A stretch of 63,446 bases of DNA, the filler included. It is 5 parts of 5 records of this genome, joined end to end, with 100 filler letters (N's around TTAATTAATTAA, not from the genome) between each part and the next. Parts side by side here need not be neighbours in the genome. Positions count along the whole stretch, not along the records: positions 46,610 to 56,823 come from SRR31156797_5732; positions 56,924 to 63,446 come from SRR31156797_5760; 3 more parts are not named here. One strand, given 5' to 3'. The position numbers and the translations under genes were made by a program. This document shows positions 50,571 through 59,542 of this stretch, in pieces. Below the pieces are notes generated by a model. That model was not told the origin of the DNA. It worked only from the letters and a program-made list of their open reading frames with translations, and did no database searches. The number at the start of each line of letters is the position of its first letter. The first letter of the stretch is position 1.

Positions 50571-52004
50571 ATGGAGTCAAGCTGGGAAAAAGTTAAATTA
50601 GAGATGAAACAATCTTTACCAGACCACAGTTATAGGATGTGGATTCAACCCATGGGTTTTTTGGAATCAGGCGCAAATGTTGTTAAACTCTCCTGCCCGA
50701 ATTCATTCTCGAAGAAGCGTATCCGGGAGAATTATCTTGCGGGCCTGGAAGCCCAGTTCAAAAAACTGGGGTGTGCCGATACAAAGATTGATCTCATGGT
50801 TGAAACTGCACCGGCTAAAAAGAGAGCCGTTAAAAGCAGCAGTATAAAGACGGTTCCCGGGAAAACCCGTACAAAGGCGGCGGCCGGGGCATTCCCCGCT
50901 GTTTCCGTAACTGTTCCGAGAAGATCGAATCGTCCAAGGCAGATGACGCTTCCCGGCCTCAATCTCAGGTGTGACAGTGGCAGAATGTTGAAAAAAGGGT
51001 ATACCTTTGACCGCTTCGTTGTAGGGGATAACTGTGACTTTGCCTATTCGGCGGCCCTCTCCCTGGCCCAGAGCGGTTCGGCCAACAACGGCGCCCTTTA
51101 TCTTCTTTCTGACACGGGGCTCGGCAAAAGCCACCTTTCCCAGGCTGTGGGTCACCACGTGATGTCCCAGGGAGTTTCCGACAAGGTCTACTATGTGACG
51201 GCCGAGGATTTTACCAATGAGATGGTTTCGGCCCTTAAGGACAATACAATCAACATGTTTAAGGAGAAGTACCGTAAGAAATGCGACGTTCTGATCCTTG
51301 AGGATGTTCACTTTCTTTCGGGAAAGGATGCTACCCAGAAGGAGCTTGCCATGACCCTGGACTATCTTCTGGATGCCGATAAAAAGATCATCTTCAGCGG
51401 GTGTTACCTCCCGGACGAGATCCCCAAGATGAACGAGCAGCTCAAGTCCAGGCTGACCCTGGGGCTGGTCACGAAGATCGATACACCGGATTTCAAGACC
51501 CGGGTGAAGATCCTTAAAAACAAGTCAAAATACGCCGGTTATGTCATCCCCAACGATGTCACCGACTATCTTGCCCAGGAGCTTTGTGACAACGTAAGGC
51601 AGCTTGAGAGCGGGCTCATGGGGGTTGCAAGAAAGGGTGCCCTCATGGGGGAAAATATCGATATCAACCTTGCCCAGAGCGTGCTGTCCACCATTGCACG
51701 GAACCGGAAGGCCATCACCGTTGATTCCATCAAAAAGCTGGTGTGCAACGAGTACAGCCTTTCCGAGCAGGAGCTGGTTTCCACTTCACGGAAGAAGCGG
51801 ATCGTCAAGCCCCGGCAGGTTGCTATCTTCCTCTCCAGGAAATATACGGACCAGCCGTTGAAAAAGATCGGCAGGAGCTTTAACCGCTACCATGCAACGG
51901 CCATCTACTCGATCAATGCCGTTGAGAAGCAGCTGAAGCAGCAGGGCATTTTCAGTGAGCAGATGAATCATCTTTGTCGAAAGATCGAGATGGGAAAACT
52001 TTGA
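50571..52004 (+). CDS. dnaA: DnaA-family initiator, divergent paralog
   Basis: Domains I-IV present: YTFDRFVVG, TGLGKSHL, LILEDVHFL, NVRQLES, PRQVAIFL; no dnaN downstream; start MESSW after GGAG. Confidence 0.9.
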   Translation: MESSWEKVKLEMKQSLPDHSYRMWIQPMGFLESGANVVKLSCPNSFSKKRIRENYLAGLEAQFKKLGCADTKIDLMVETAPAKKRAVKSSSIKTVPGKTRTKAAAGAFPAVSVTVPRRSNRPRQMTLPGLNLRCDSGRMLKKGYTFDRFVVGDNCDFAYSAALSLAQSGSANNGALYLLSDTGLGKSHLSQAVGHHVMSQGVSDKVYYVTAEDFTNEMVSALKDNTINMFKEKYRKKCDVLILEDVHFLSGKDATQKELAMTLDYLLDADKKIIFSGCYLPDEIPKMNEQLKSRLTLGLVTKIDTPDFKTRVKILKNKSKYAGYVIPNDVTDYLAQELCDNVRQLESGLMGVARKGALMGENIDINLAQSVLSTIARNRKAITVDSIKKLVCNEYSLSEQELVSTSRKKRIVKPRQVAIFLSRKYTDQPLKKIGRSFNRYHATAIYSINAVEKQLKQQGIFSEQMNHLCRKIEMGKL

Positions 52005-53380
52005 TGACTGTTCCCGATTCCCTGTTCAAAGAACTGGAAACGATAACGGGCTCCGACGGGATCACCAATGATCCCGAGGAGCTCGTTTGTTATTCCTATG
52101 ATGCAACAGCCCGTACCTACCTCCCGGACATTGTCGTTTTTCCCTCCTCAACCCATCAGGTTTCAAAGATCCTTGAACTTGCCACCCGGCATTCGGTTTG
52201 CGTGACCCCCAGGGGGAGCGGCTCCGGCATGACCGGCGGAACCTTGCCCTTAAAGGGAGGGATTCTCATGGTGATGAGCCGGATGGACAGAATCATTGAG
52301 GTCGACACGGAGAACCTTGTCGCCCGGGTGGAGCCCGGGGTGGTGACCGGTGATCTCCACCGTGCGGTGGAGAAAAAGGGGCTTTTTTATCCGCCCGACC
52401 CGGCAAGTTCCGCCTTTTGCACCATTGGGGGAAACATCGGTGAATGCGCCGGCGGTCCCAGGGCGGTCAAGTACGGGGTAACCCGGGATTATGTGCTGGG
52501 GCTCGAGGCGGTTCTGCCGTCCGGCCAGATCATCAATACCGGTGTGAGCACGGCCAAGGGGGTGGCAGGTTACGACCTGACACGCCTCATTGTGGGGTCG
52601 GAGGGTACCCTTGCCGTGGTGACGGGCATTACCCTAAAGCTGGTTCCCTTGCCCGAGGCGGTCAAAACCATGTCCGCCGTGTTCAACAGTATGAAAACAG
52701 CTGCGGAAACGGTCTCGGGTATCATTCGGGAATCGGTGGTGCCCCGGTGTATCGAGTTTGTTGACCGGGCGTCCATTGACTGTGTCAGGGAAGATGTCGA
52801 CCTTGGTCTGTCCGGGGATGTCCGGGCAATACTGATCATCGAGGTGGACGGCACCCGCCGGACCGTGGAGGATGATATCCGCAAATTGGAGCGTTATTGC
52901 CTGGATAAGGGGGCTTCAACCGTTGTGGTTGCCCAGACACCCGCAGATGCAAAAGAGCTCTGGAAGGCCAGGAAGGCGTTGTCTCCCGCCCTTTTTAAAA
53001 TTGCGTCCGGCAAACTGAACGAAGATATTGTGGTGCCCATCAACCGGATTCCGGAGATGGTGGCCAGGGTAGAGTCCATTCAGAAGCGTTCCGGGCTTAC
53101 CATTGTCAGTTTCGGCCATGCCGGGGACGGCAACATCCATTGCAACATCATGTATGACAAAAGGGATAAGGATCAGTGCAAACGGGCCGAGGCCGCCGTG
53201 GACGAGCTCTTTGACGCAACGTTGGAGCTCGGTGGCACCATCACGGGTGAACACGGGGTCGGGATCACGAAAAAGGAATACCTTGGCCGGGAGATCGGTC
53301 CTGGGGAACTCGAGGTTATGAAGGGGATTAAAAAGGTGTTTGATCCCGGGAATCTATTGAATCCCGGGAAGATCTTTTAG
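52004..53380 (+). CDS. FAD-linked 2-hydroxyacid oxidoreductase (GlcD/D-lactate dehydrogenase family)
   Basis: PRGSGSGMTGG, YPPDPAS, GSEGTL, GHAGDGNIH, GEHGVG. Confidence 0.92.
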   Translation: MTVPDSLFKELETITGSDGITNDPEELVCYSYDATARTYLPDIVVFPSSTHQVSKILELATRHSVCVTPRGSGSGMTGGTLPLKGGILMVMSRMDRIIEVDTENLVARVEPGVVTGDLHRAVEKKGLFYPPDPASSAFCTIGGNIGECAGGPRAVKYGVTRDYVLGLEAVLPSGQIINTGVSTAKGVAGYDLTRLIVGSEGTLAVVTGITLKLVPLPEAVKTMSAVFNSMKTAAETVSGIIRESVVPRCIEFVDRASIDCVREDVDLGLSGDVRAILIIEVDGTRRTVEDDIRKLERYCLDKGASTVVVAQTPADAKELWKARKALSPALFKIASGKLNEDIVVPINRIPEMVARVESIQKRSGLTIVSFGHAGDGNIHCNIMYDKRDKDQCKRAEAAVDELFDATLELGGTITGEHGVGITKKEYLGREIGPGELEVMKGIKKVFDPGNLLNPGKIF

Positions 53381-53396
53381 TCTAAGCCTTGGTGGC

Positions 53397-53618
53397 CTAG
53401 TGTATCTTTGCCGGAAAAAAGTCCATGGTCAGAATATGGTCGAGGATATCGACCCTTGGATTCTGGCTCTGCTCAATGGCGCAACGGATCGAGTAGGAGC
53501 AGTAGGTCGTACAGATCTTGTCTTCTTTGCTGAACTCTCCAAAGCAGTCAAGATTGTCACTTGAGTCTTCGATGATTGAATCGTCTGCTATTACCTGTTT
53601 TGTCTGGTTAAATTTCAT
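53397..53618 (-). CDS. Small four-cysteine hypothetical protein
   Basis: 73 aa, CFG-x8-C-x3-C-x5-C, upstream AGGAG. Confidence 0.7.
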   Translation of the reverse strand: MKFNQTKQVIADDSIIEDSSDNLDCFGEFSKEDKICTTYCSYSIRCAIEQSQNPRVDILDHILTMDFFPAKIH

Positions 53619-53733
53619 ACTTGTCTCAATATGCTCCTGCGTTGATATAAAGTAGGTTCTGCTCCTGGACCATCAAAAGCCTAACCCATAGTCTTCTTTT
53701 TTGACGTCAATATAGTCGATCCCTGGATGATGG

Positions 53734-55362
53734 TCAACCTGTTTGTTGGCGAACCATGGATTCCAGGCGGCTTACAAGGGGCTTCAGGGTCTCGGGCCGG
53801 GTGGCGGAGATGAGGGTGCCCTGGTTGAGGAGCCAGGGGTTGTCAAACTCTGACAGCTCGATCCGGTCCTGCTTGTTGAATACGTAGAGTGCCGGGGTCT
53901 TCTCCAGGTTGAGTTTCTTCAAAATGGCTTCCACGGAGTGCATCTGCTGTTCGTACCGCGGGTTGCTGATATCGATGACATGGAGCAGGATGTCCGCCTC
54001 CTGGAGTTCCTCCAGGGTTGCATGGAACGCCTCCATGAGTTCGTCCGGAAGGTCCTGGATAAAGCCCACGGTGTCCGTGATGATCACCTCGATATCCCTG
54101 GGGAATTTCAGCCTTCTCGAGGAGGGATCAAGGGTTGCGAACAAGCGGTTTTCCGCGATGATCGTGCTTTTTGTCAGGGTGTTGAGCAGGGTGGATTTTC
54201 CTGCGTTGGTGTATCCCACGATGGAGATCACCGGTACGCCCTTTCGGTTTCTCTTTGAGCGCTGCTGGGTTCGCTGCTTCCGGATTTTCGCGATCTCCTT
54301 GGTGAGCCGGGTGATTTTGTCCCGCACCCGCCGCCGGTTGATCTCAAGCTTGGTTTCACCGGGGCCCCTGCCGCCGATGCCGCCGGTGAGCCTGGACATG
54401 GCCGTGTTTTTGGTGGCAAGCCTGGGGAGCATGTATTTCATCTGGGCCAGCTCCACCTGGAGTTTTCCCTCCCGGCTTTTGGCGCGGCGGGCAAAGATGT
54501 CAAGGATGAGCTGGGTTCGGTCGATTACTTTCATCTCCACAAAGTCGGTGACGGACCGGATCTGGGATGGGCTCAGTTCCCTGTCAAACACCAGCAGGGT
54601 GGCGTGTTTCTGAAGGGCCCGGATGACGATATCGGCAAGCTTGCCCCTTCCCACGACAAATTTAGGATCGATTTTCTTTCGCTTCTGCAGGGCCGTGTCA
54701 AGGACCGAGATGCTGGACGACCGGCACAGCTCCTTGAGTTCGTCCAGGGAGGCGACGGCCTCCTTGACATGGTCCGTGAATACGTTGATTAACAGCGCCT
54801 TTTCCTTGCCGACGTCCACTTTATGGAGGGCGTCCTTCCGGGTGAGCTCATCCTCCAGGGCGTTGATCCGTTCGTAGCAGTCGATGGTGATATCGTCCGC
54901 ATAGATGGGCTCCATGACCTGGTAGGGTGTTTCCTCTTCACCGGGAAGAATGTGTCCCATGTAGATCTTTCCGGGTGCGCCTTTTTGGGTGATGCACACG
55001 GCCGCCATGAAGTCCAGGCGGAGCAGGGCAAGGTCCGTGAGGTCGTCCCGGGTGAGGGCTTCATCGTTGAGATGGGTGTGGATGCACCGGAGTCCCTTGA
55101 GGCGTCCGGGGAGGGCCCTGAAGTCCGGGGTGTCCGGAATGACGATCCGGTGCGGTTCCCCTGCAATGACATGGAGGGTCTTGCCGTTTCTTCCCACTAG
55201 GAGTCCGACCTGGCGCCGGATGTCGTGGGATATGGCGACAAGGGCATCCAGCTGTTCCCTTGAGATGAGATCTTCCGGTGGAGTTCTGAACTGGTACAGG
55301 CTTTCAAGCTGCCTGATCTGGGATGCCGACAAGCCGGTGGTGGAGCCGAAGATTTTTTTCAT
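53734..55362 (-). CDS. hflX: GTPase HflX, long N-terminal form
   Basis: DRTQLILDIF, GPGETKLE, GYTNAGKS, DTVGF, NKQD. Confidence 0.97.
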   Translation of the reverse strand: MKKIFGSTTGLSASQIRQLESLYQFRTPPEDLISREQLDALVAISHDIRRQVGLLVGRNGKTLHVIAGEPHRIVIPDTPDFRALPGRLKGLRCIHTHLNDEALTRDDLTDLALLRLDFMAAVCITQKGAPGKIYMGHILPGEEETPYQVMEPIYADDITIDCYERINALEDELTRKDALHKVDVGKEKALLINVFTDHVKEAVASLDELKELCRSSSISVLDTALQKRKKIDPKFVVGRGKLADIVIRALQKHATLLVFDRELSPSQIRSVTDFVEMKVIDRTQLILDIFARRAKSREGKLQVELAQMKYMLPRLATKNTAMSRLTGGIGGRGPGETKLEINRRRVRDKITRLTKEIAKIRKQRTQQRSKRNRKGVPVISIVGYTNAGKSTLLNTLTKSTIIAENRLFATLDPSSRRLKFPRDIEVIITDTVGFIQDLPDELMEAFHATLEELQEADILLHVIDISNPRYEQQMHSVEAILKKLNLEKTPALYVFNKQDRIELSEFDNPWLLNQGTLISATRPETLKPLVSRLESMVRQQTG

Positions 55363-55374
55363 CGAACCTCTTTT

Positions 55375-56745
55375 CTATTCATACCCCTGGTAGGATTCCG
55401 CAGCCAGTTCTTCAAATCTGGTGTAGGCGCCGATAAATGCCATGTGGGCGGTTCCGATGGAGCCGTTCCTGTTCTTGGCGATAATGATTTCAGCCTTGCC
55501 CTTGTTGGGGTTGTTCTCTTCCTTATTATATACCTCATCTCTGTAGATGAATGCAATGATATCAGCATCCTGCTCCAGTGCTCCGGACTCTCGAAGGTCG
55601 GACATGAGGGGACGTTTTTCCGCGCGCTGCTCCAGCATACGGTTGAGCTGGGAAAGGGCGATCACCGGAACCTCCAACTCCTTGGCAAGGGCCTTGAGGT
55701 TTCGGGAAATTTCTGCAATTTCAAGGTCACGCCTGTCTGAGTGGAAGGGGGCCTTCATGAGCTGGAGGTAGTCGATCACCACAAGCCCGAGTCCTCTTTC
55801 CATTTTGAGGCGCCTGCATTTGGCACGGACTTCCATGGTGGTGACGTTGGGTGTATCGTCGATGAAGATGGGGACCTCGTTGAGGATTCCCGCCGCATCG
55901 GTGGCGTTCTGCCAGTCCTCCTGGCTGATGTAGCCTGTTCTCAAGCGGTTGGAATCGATTTTGGATTCCGAGGTCAAAAGACGCATGGAGAGCTGATCCT
56001 TTGACATTTCAAGGGAGAATACGGCCACGGGCGCCCGTTCTTCAACTGCGACGTTCCTGGCAAGGTTCAGGGCAAAGGCGGTCTTTCCCATACTCGGCCT
56101 TGCCGCCAGGATGATGAGGTCGGCCTTCTGCAGTCCCGAGGTGAGGGCGTCGAGCCTTGCATACCCGGTGGACAGGCCCGAGAGGCCTCCGGTTGATCCC
56201 TGGCGCTCCTCCAGGGTGTCGATGTTCATGTCGATGAGCTGGCCAAGGCTTGAGAAGGATTTTCCGCCCTTTGCTTCGGCGATCTTGAACACCTGGGTTT
56301 CGGCAAAGTCGATGATCTCTTCAACATCTCCCTGGTCCTTGAGGGCCCGGTCGATGATGGATGATGCGCTTGCGATCAGGGCGCGAAGGGATGATTTTCC
56401 CTTGATGATGTTTGCGTAGTGAACCGCGTTGACGGCCATGGGGGCCGAGTCTGCGATTGAAGCAAGAAGTGCTGCTCCACCGGACTCTTCAAGTTCATCC
56501 TTCTCCTTCAGCCTCGATGCGACGGTGACCAGGTCGGCGGGTTCGTCCCTGGAAAAGAGCTCTAAAATAGCCCCGTATATTTTTTCATGGGCTTTTTTGT
56601 AGAAATCTTCAGGCTTGAGGATTTCAATCACGTCGTAGAGGTTATCGTTATCGATGAGGAGGGCGCTCAACACCGCCTCTTCAGCGTCAAGGTCGTGGGG
56701 CGGGACCTTGTTCAGCAAGGGGTCTTTCGTTGTTTTTTGATTCAT
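55375..56745 (-). CDS. dnaB: Replicative DNA helicase
   Basis: PPHDLDAE, AARPSMGKT, FSLEMS, IDYLQL, SDLRESGALEQDAD. Confidence 0.99.
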   Translation of the reverse strand: MNQKTTKDPLLNKVPPHDLDAEEAVLSALLIDNDNLYDVIEILKPEDFYKKAHEKIYGAILELFSRDEPADLVTVASRLKEKDELEESGGAALLASIADSAPMAVNAVHYANIIKGKSSLRALIASASSIIDRALKDQGDVEEIIDFAETQVFKIAEAKGGKSFSSLGQLIDMNIDTLEERQGSTGGLSGLSTGYARLDALTSGLQKADLIILAARPSMGKTAFALNLARNVAVEERAPVAVFSLEMSKDQLSMRLLTSESKIDSNRLRTGYISQEDWQNATDAAGILNEVPIFIDDTPNVTTMEVRAKCRRLKMERGLGLVVIDYLQLMKAPFHSDRRDLEIAEISRNLKALAKELEVPVIALSQLNRMLEQRAEKRPLMSDLRESGALEQDADIIAFIYRDEVYNKEENNPNKGKAEIIIAKNRNGSIGTAHMAFIGAYTRFEELAAESYQGYE

Positions 56746-56769
56746 TGGTGCTGCAGCTCTTAAAGAGCC

Positions 56770-56800
56770 TGCCGTTGCCCGAAAATGGCGGGCAACGGCA
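56770..56800. other. 12-bp hairpin upstream of dnaB
   Basis: TGCCGTTGCCCG-aaaatgg-CGGGCAACGGCA. Confidence 0.6.
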
Positions 56801-56823
56801 AGGCGGGTATTTTATTTGGTGTC

Positions 56824-56923
56824 NNNNNNNNNNNNNNNNNNNNNNNNNNNNNNNNNNNNNNNNNNNNTTAATTAATTAANNNNNNNNNNNNNNNNNNNNN
56901 NNNNNNNNNNNNNNNNNNNNNNN
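56824..56923. other. Artificial contig linker
   Basis: 44 N + TTAATTAATTAA + 44 N. Confidence 0.99.
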
Positions 56924-58466
56924 GTTTTGCTATTTCTGTTGAACCTTCTGCTGGTTCAAGTCCTACCGAAAGGATCACCATATCTACTTTTTTCTCCAAC
57001 AGCCTATCGTTATCAATGTCTTCACTGCGTATGAGTAGTACATCACCCATTTGTTTAATCTCTGCAGGTTTGCCCCGTAAAAGATGAATTCCTTCACTTT
57101 TTATTCGTTCGTAAAAAGCCTCGTAACCTTTTCCAAATGAGCGCATATCAATATAATATTCGAAAACCTCGGCTTCAGGAATTTTTTCTTTTATCAGGTG
57201 AGCCAGTTTTAGCGAGTACATACAACATACCCGTGAGCAGTATTTGTTGTGGTTTAAGTCGCGACTACCAACACAATGGATGATACCAATTCTTTCCGGC
57301 GATTCACTTTTTGAGGAGAATATCCAATTGCCTTTTTTATCCGGTGTTCGAAACGTAATTTTTCCTTCGGTAGGACCAGCAGCATTAATCAGCCTTTCGA
57401 ATTCAAGAGAAGTAAGCACGTTGGGGTATTTGCCGTATCCGTAATTTTCCAGTCTCGAAGCATCAAAAGTTTTAAATCCGGTTGCGATAATAATGTTGCC
57501 AACGTTGATTTCAAGTACTGAATCTTTTTCATCGAGATTTATACAACCCGGCACCGGACAATTCTTTACACAAACACCACATTTTTTCCCTTGAACATAA
57601 CGGCAGGCTTCACCATCAATTAAATACTTATTGGGAACTGCCTGCGGGAAAGGAATATAGATGGCTTTCCGTAAAGTGGTTCCGGCATCAAATTCACTTA
57701 CTGCTTTTCCCGGGCACTTTTCGGTACACGAGCCACACCCGATACATTTTGAGAGGTTGACCCGACGTGCTTTTTTCAGAATCTTTACCTTAAAATTTCC
57801 CGGTGAACCATTCACATTTTGTACCTCGCTGTAGGTGAGTAGATTGATATGTGGGTGTTGGCCCACTTCCACCATTTTGGGAGTTAGAATGCAAGCAGCA
57901 CAATCGAGAGTGGGAAAGGTTTTATCAAACATGGCCATGTGTCCGCCAATGGTTCCGGAGCGTTCAACCAAATGAACTTTCTGGTTGGCATTGGCTATTT
58001 CAAGAGCTGCTTGTATCCCTGCAATTCCTGCTCCTATAACAAGGGTCTCAGAACAAACATCTGATTCTCCATTTTGAATAACATCTTCGTAAGAAACTCC
58101 ATAAATTGCACAGGATATAAGGGCTTTGGCCATATTCGTGTTGCCACTTTCCAATACACCGTGTTCCTGAAAATCATCCAATATGATATTCTCAACGTTT
58201 AAGTTTAAGCTGGAAAAAGCACGTGCTATTATGGGTTTTACCATACCGGTGTCATATCCGGCAATTATTATTCGTGTCAGCTTGTTTTCGTTGATTTGCG
58301 ATTTCAGGTATTCGATATCCCAAAGCGGGAAGTTTAGAGAATCCCAAACCACTTTAACTTCTTCATGTGCACGTGCATATTCAAGCAACTCCAAAAAATT
58401 CAATTTGCCCACATGCCCATTTCCCGGATGGTTCAAATATATTCCTGTTACCTCTTTAGTACTCAT
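56924..58466 (-). CDS. hdrA: Heterodisulfide reductase subunit A-like flavoprotein, 3' truncated
   Basis: GAGIAG, DKTFPTLDC, inserted ferredoxin CIGCGSCTEKCP, EFERL, HCVGSRD..YCSRVCC, YYIDMR. Confidence 0.93.
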
Positions 58467-58564
58467 TGTTTTTGCTTGTTTTATGATTCAACCCGCATGT
58501 ATTTCAAAGTAGGAACCTTGTTGGTTCTTCTATTCAAGGTACTGAAAATGAGGTGATTTGAGAA

Positions 58565-58620
58565 TGATTGGGCTCAGTGAATAAACTGATGCTAATCAGT
58601 TGAAAAACTGATCTGTATCA
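58565..58620. promoter_or_regulatory. Three tandem FNR-like boxes upstream of hdrA
   Basis: TGAT-TGGG-CTCA (58565), TGAT-GCTA-ATCA (58587, within AACTGAT-N4-ATCAGTT), TGAT-CTGT-ATCA (58609); 22-bp period. Confidence 0.75.
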
Positions 58621-58623
58621 TAT

Positions 58624-59331
58624 TTAACGGAAGATTTTTGCTGCTTTCTTCAGGCCTTCTATGTCGGTAAGCGAAATGGATCGTCCATCAACTTCCACAA
58701 GGTTTTCTTCTTTAAAATCGTGTAAAAGCCGGATTACAGTTTCGGTGGCAGTACCAACAATGTTGGCCAGATCTTCCCGGGGAAGTGAAATATTGTGTTT
58801 TATTTCGGTGGTACCATTGGGTTTGAATACCCTGTTAAGGATGAGCAAGGATTCGGCCAGGCGTTCACGAACCGGTTTTTGTGCAATGGAAATAACCTTA
58901 TCCTCTGCCTCTTTTAGCATTTTACACAGGTAGCGAACAATCTCAGCATTCATTTTGGGGTACTTGTTCATTAGGTGGAAAAAGAATGATTTATTGATAA
59001 AACAGATCACTGAATCTTCCAGGGTAGATGCCGAGGCTGAGTAACGTTCATCGTTTAACAGAGCTCTGATTCCCAATAGACTACCAGATGAGGCAAGGCG
59101 AAGAATTTGTTCCTTACCATCCATGCCCACCCGGTAAATTTTGGCTCGTCCGTGTTCCAGGCAGTAAACCCCGGTGGAGATTCTTCCTTCGTAAAAAATA
59201 ATGTGTCCTTTTTTGTAGAAGTTACAGGTTTTGTTTTCGCTTAGGTTTTTTAAATCAAAGCTATCCAATTCATTAAAAAAGGAGAGTGCTTTGGCTAAAC
59301 AGGAGGGACAAGATGGCCGAAGTACTTTCAT
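58624..59331 (-). CDS. Crp/Fnr-family transcriptional regulator with N-terminal Cys
   Basis: CPSC..C N-terminus, cNMP-fold, REDLANIVGTATETVIR HTH. Confidence 0.93.
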   Translation of the reverse strand: MKVLRPSCPSCLAKALSFFNELDSFDLKNLSENKTCNFYKKGHIIFYEGRISTGVYCLEHGRAKIYRVGMDGKEQILRLASSGSLLGIRALLNDERYSASASTLEDSVICFINKSFFFHLMNKYPKMNAEIVRYLCKMLKEAEDKVISIAQKPVRERLAESLLILNRVFKPNGTTEIKHNISLPREDLANIVGTATETVIRLLHDFKEENLVEVDGRSISLTDIEGLKKAAKIFR

Positions 59332-59369
59332 TTTGTAATCTTTTCTGGTTTATAACTCCAACTTTTAAA

Positions 59370-59381
59370 TGAGCTTAATCA
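59370..59381. promoter_or_regulatory. Further FNR-like box between the Crp/Fnr gene and hypF
   Basis: TGAG-CTTA-ATCA, 7/8 match to TGAT-N4-ATCA. Confidence 0.45.
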
Positions 59382-59542
59382 CTTCTTTAATTAAATTCTT
59401 GTACGGTAAAACAGAACTGAGGTTTTACTGCTTTCTTTTTTTCAACTATATGATTGGATCTATAGGGAATGGTAACCTTAAAAAACAGTATTCGTTGAAC
59501 AATATATTAATCTGTTTTGCAAAGAATTTGTTTAGGAATACC

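Noticed and set aside
50571..56745. dnaA and dnaB as one replication operon
   Set aside because: Opposite strands with unrelated genes between them; proximity alone is not evidence.
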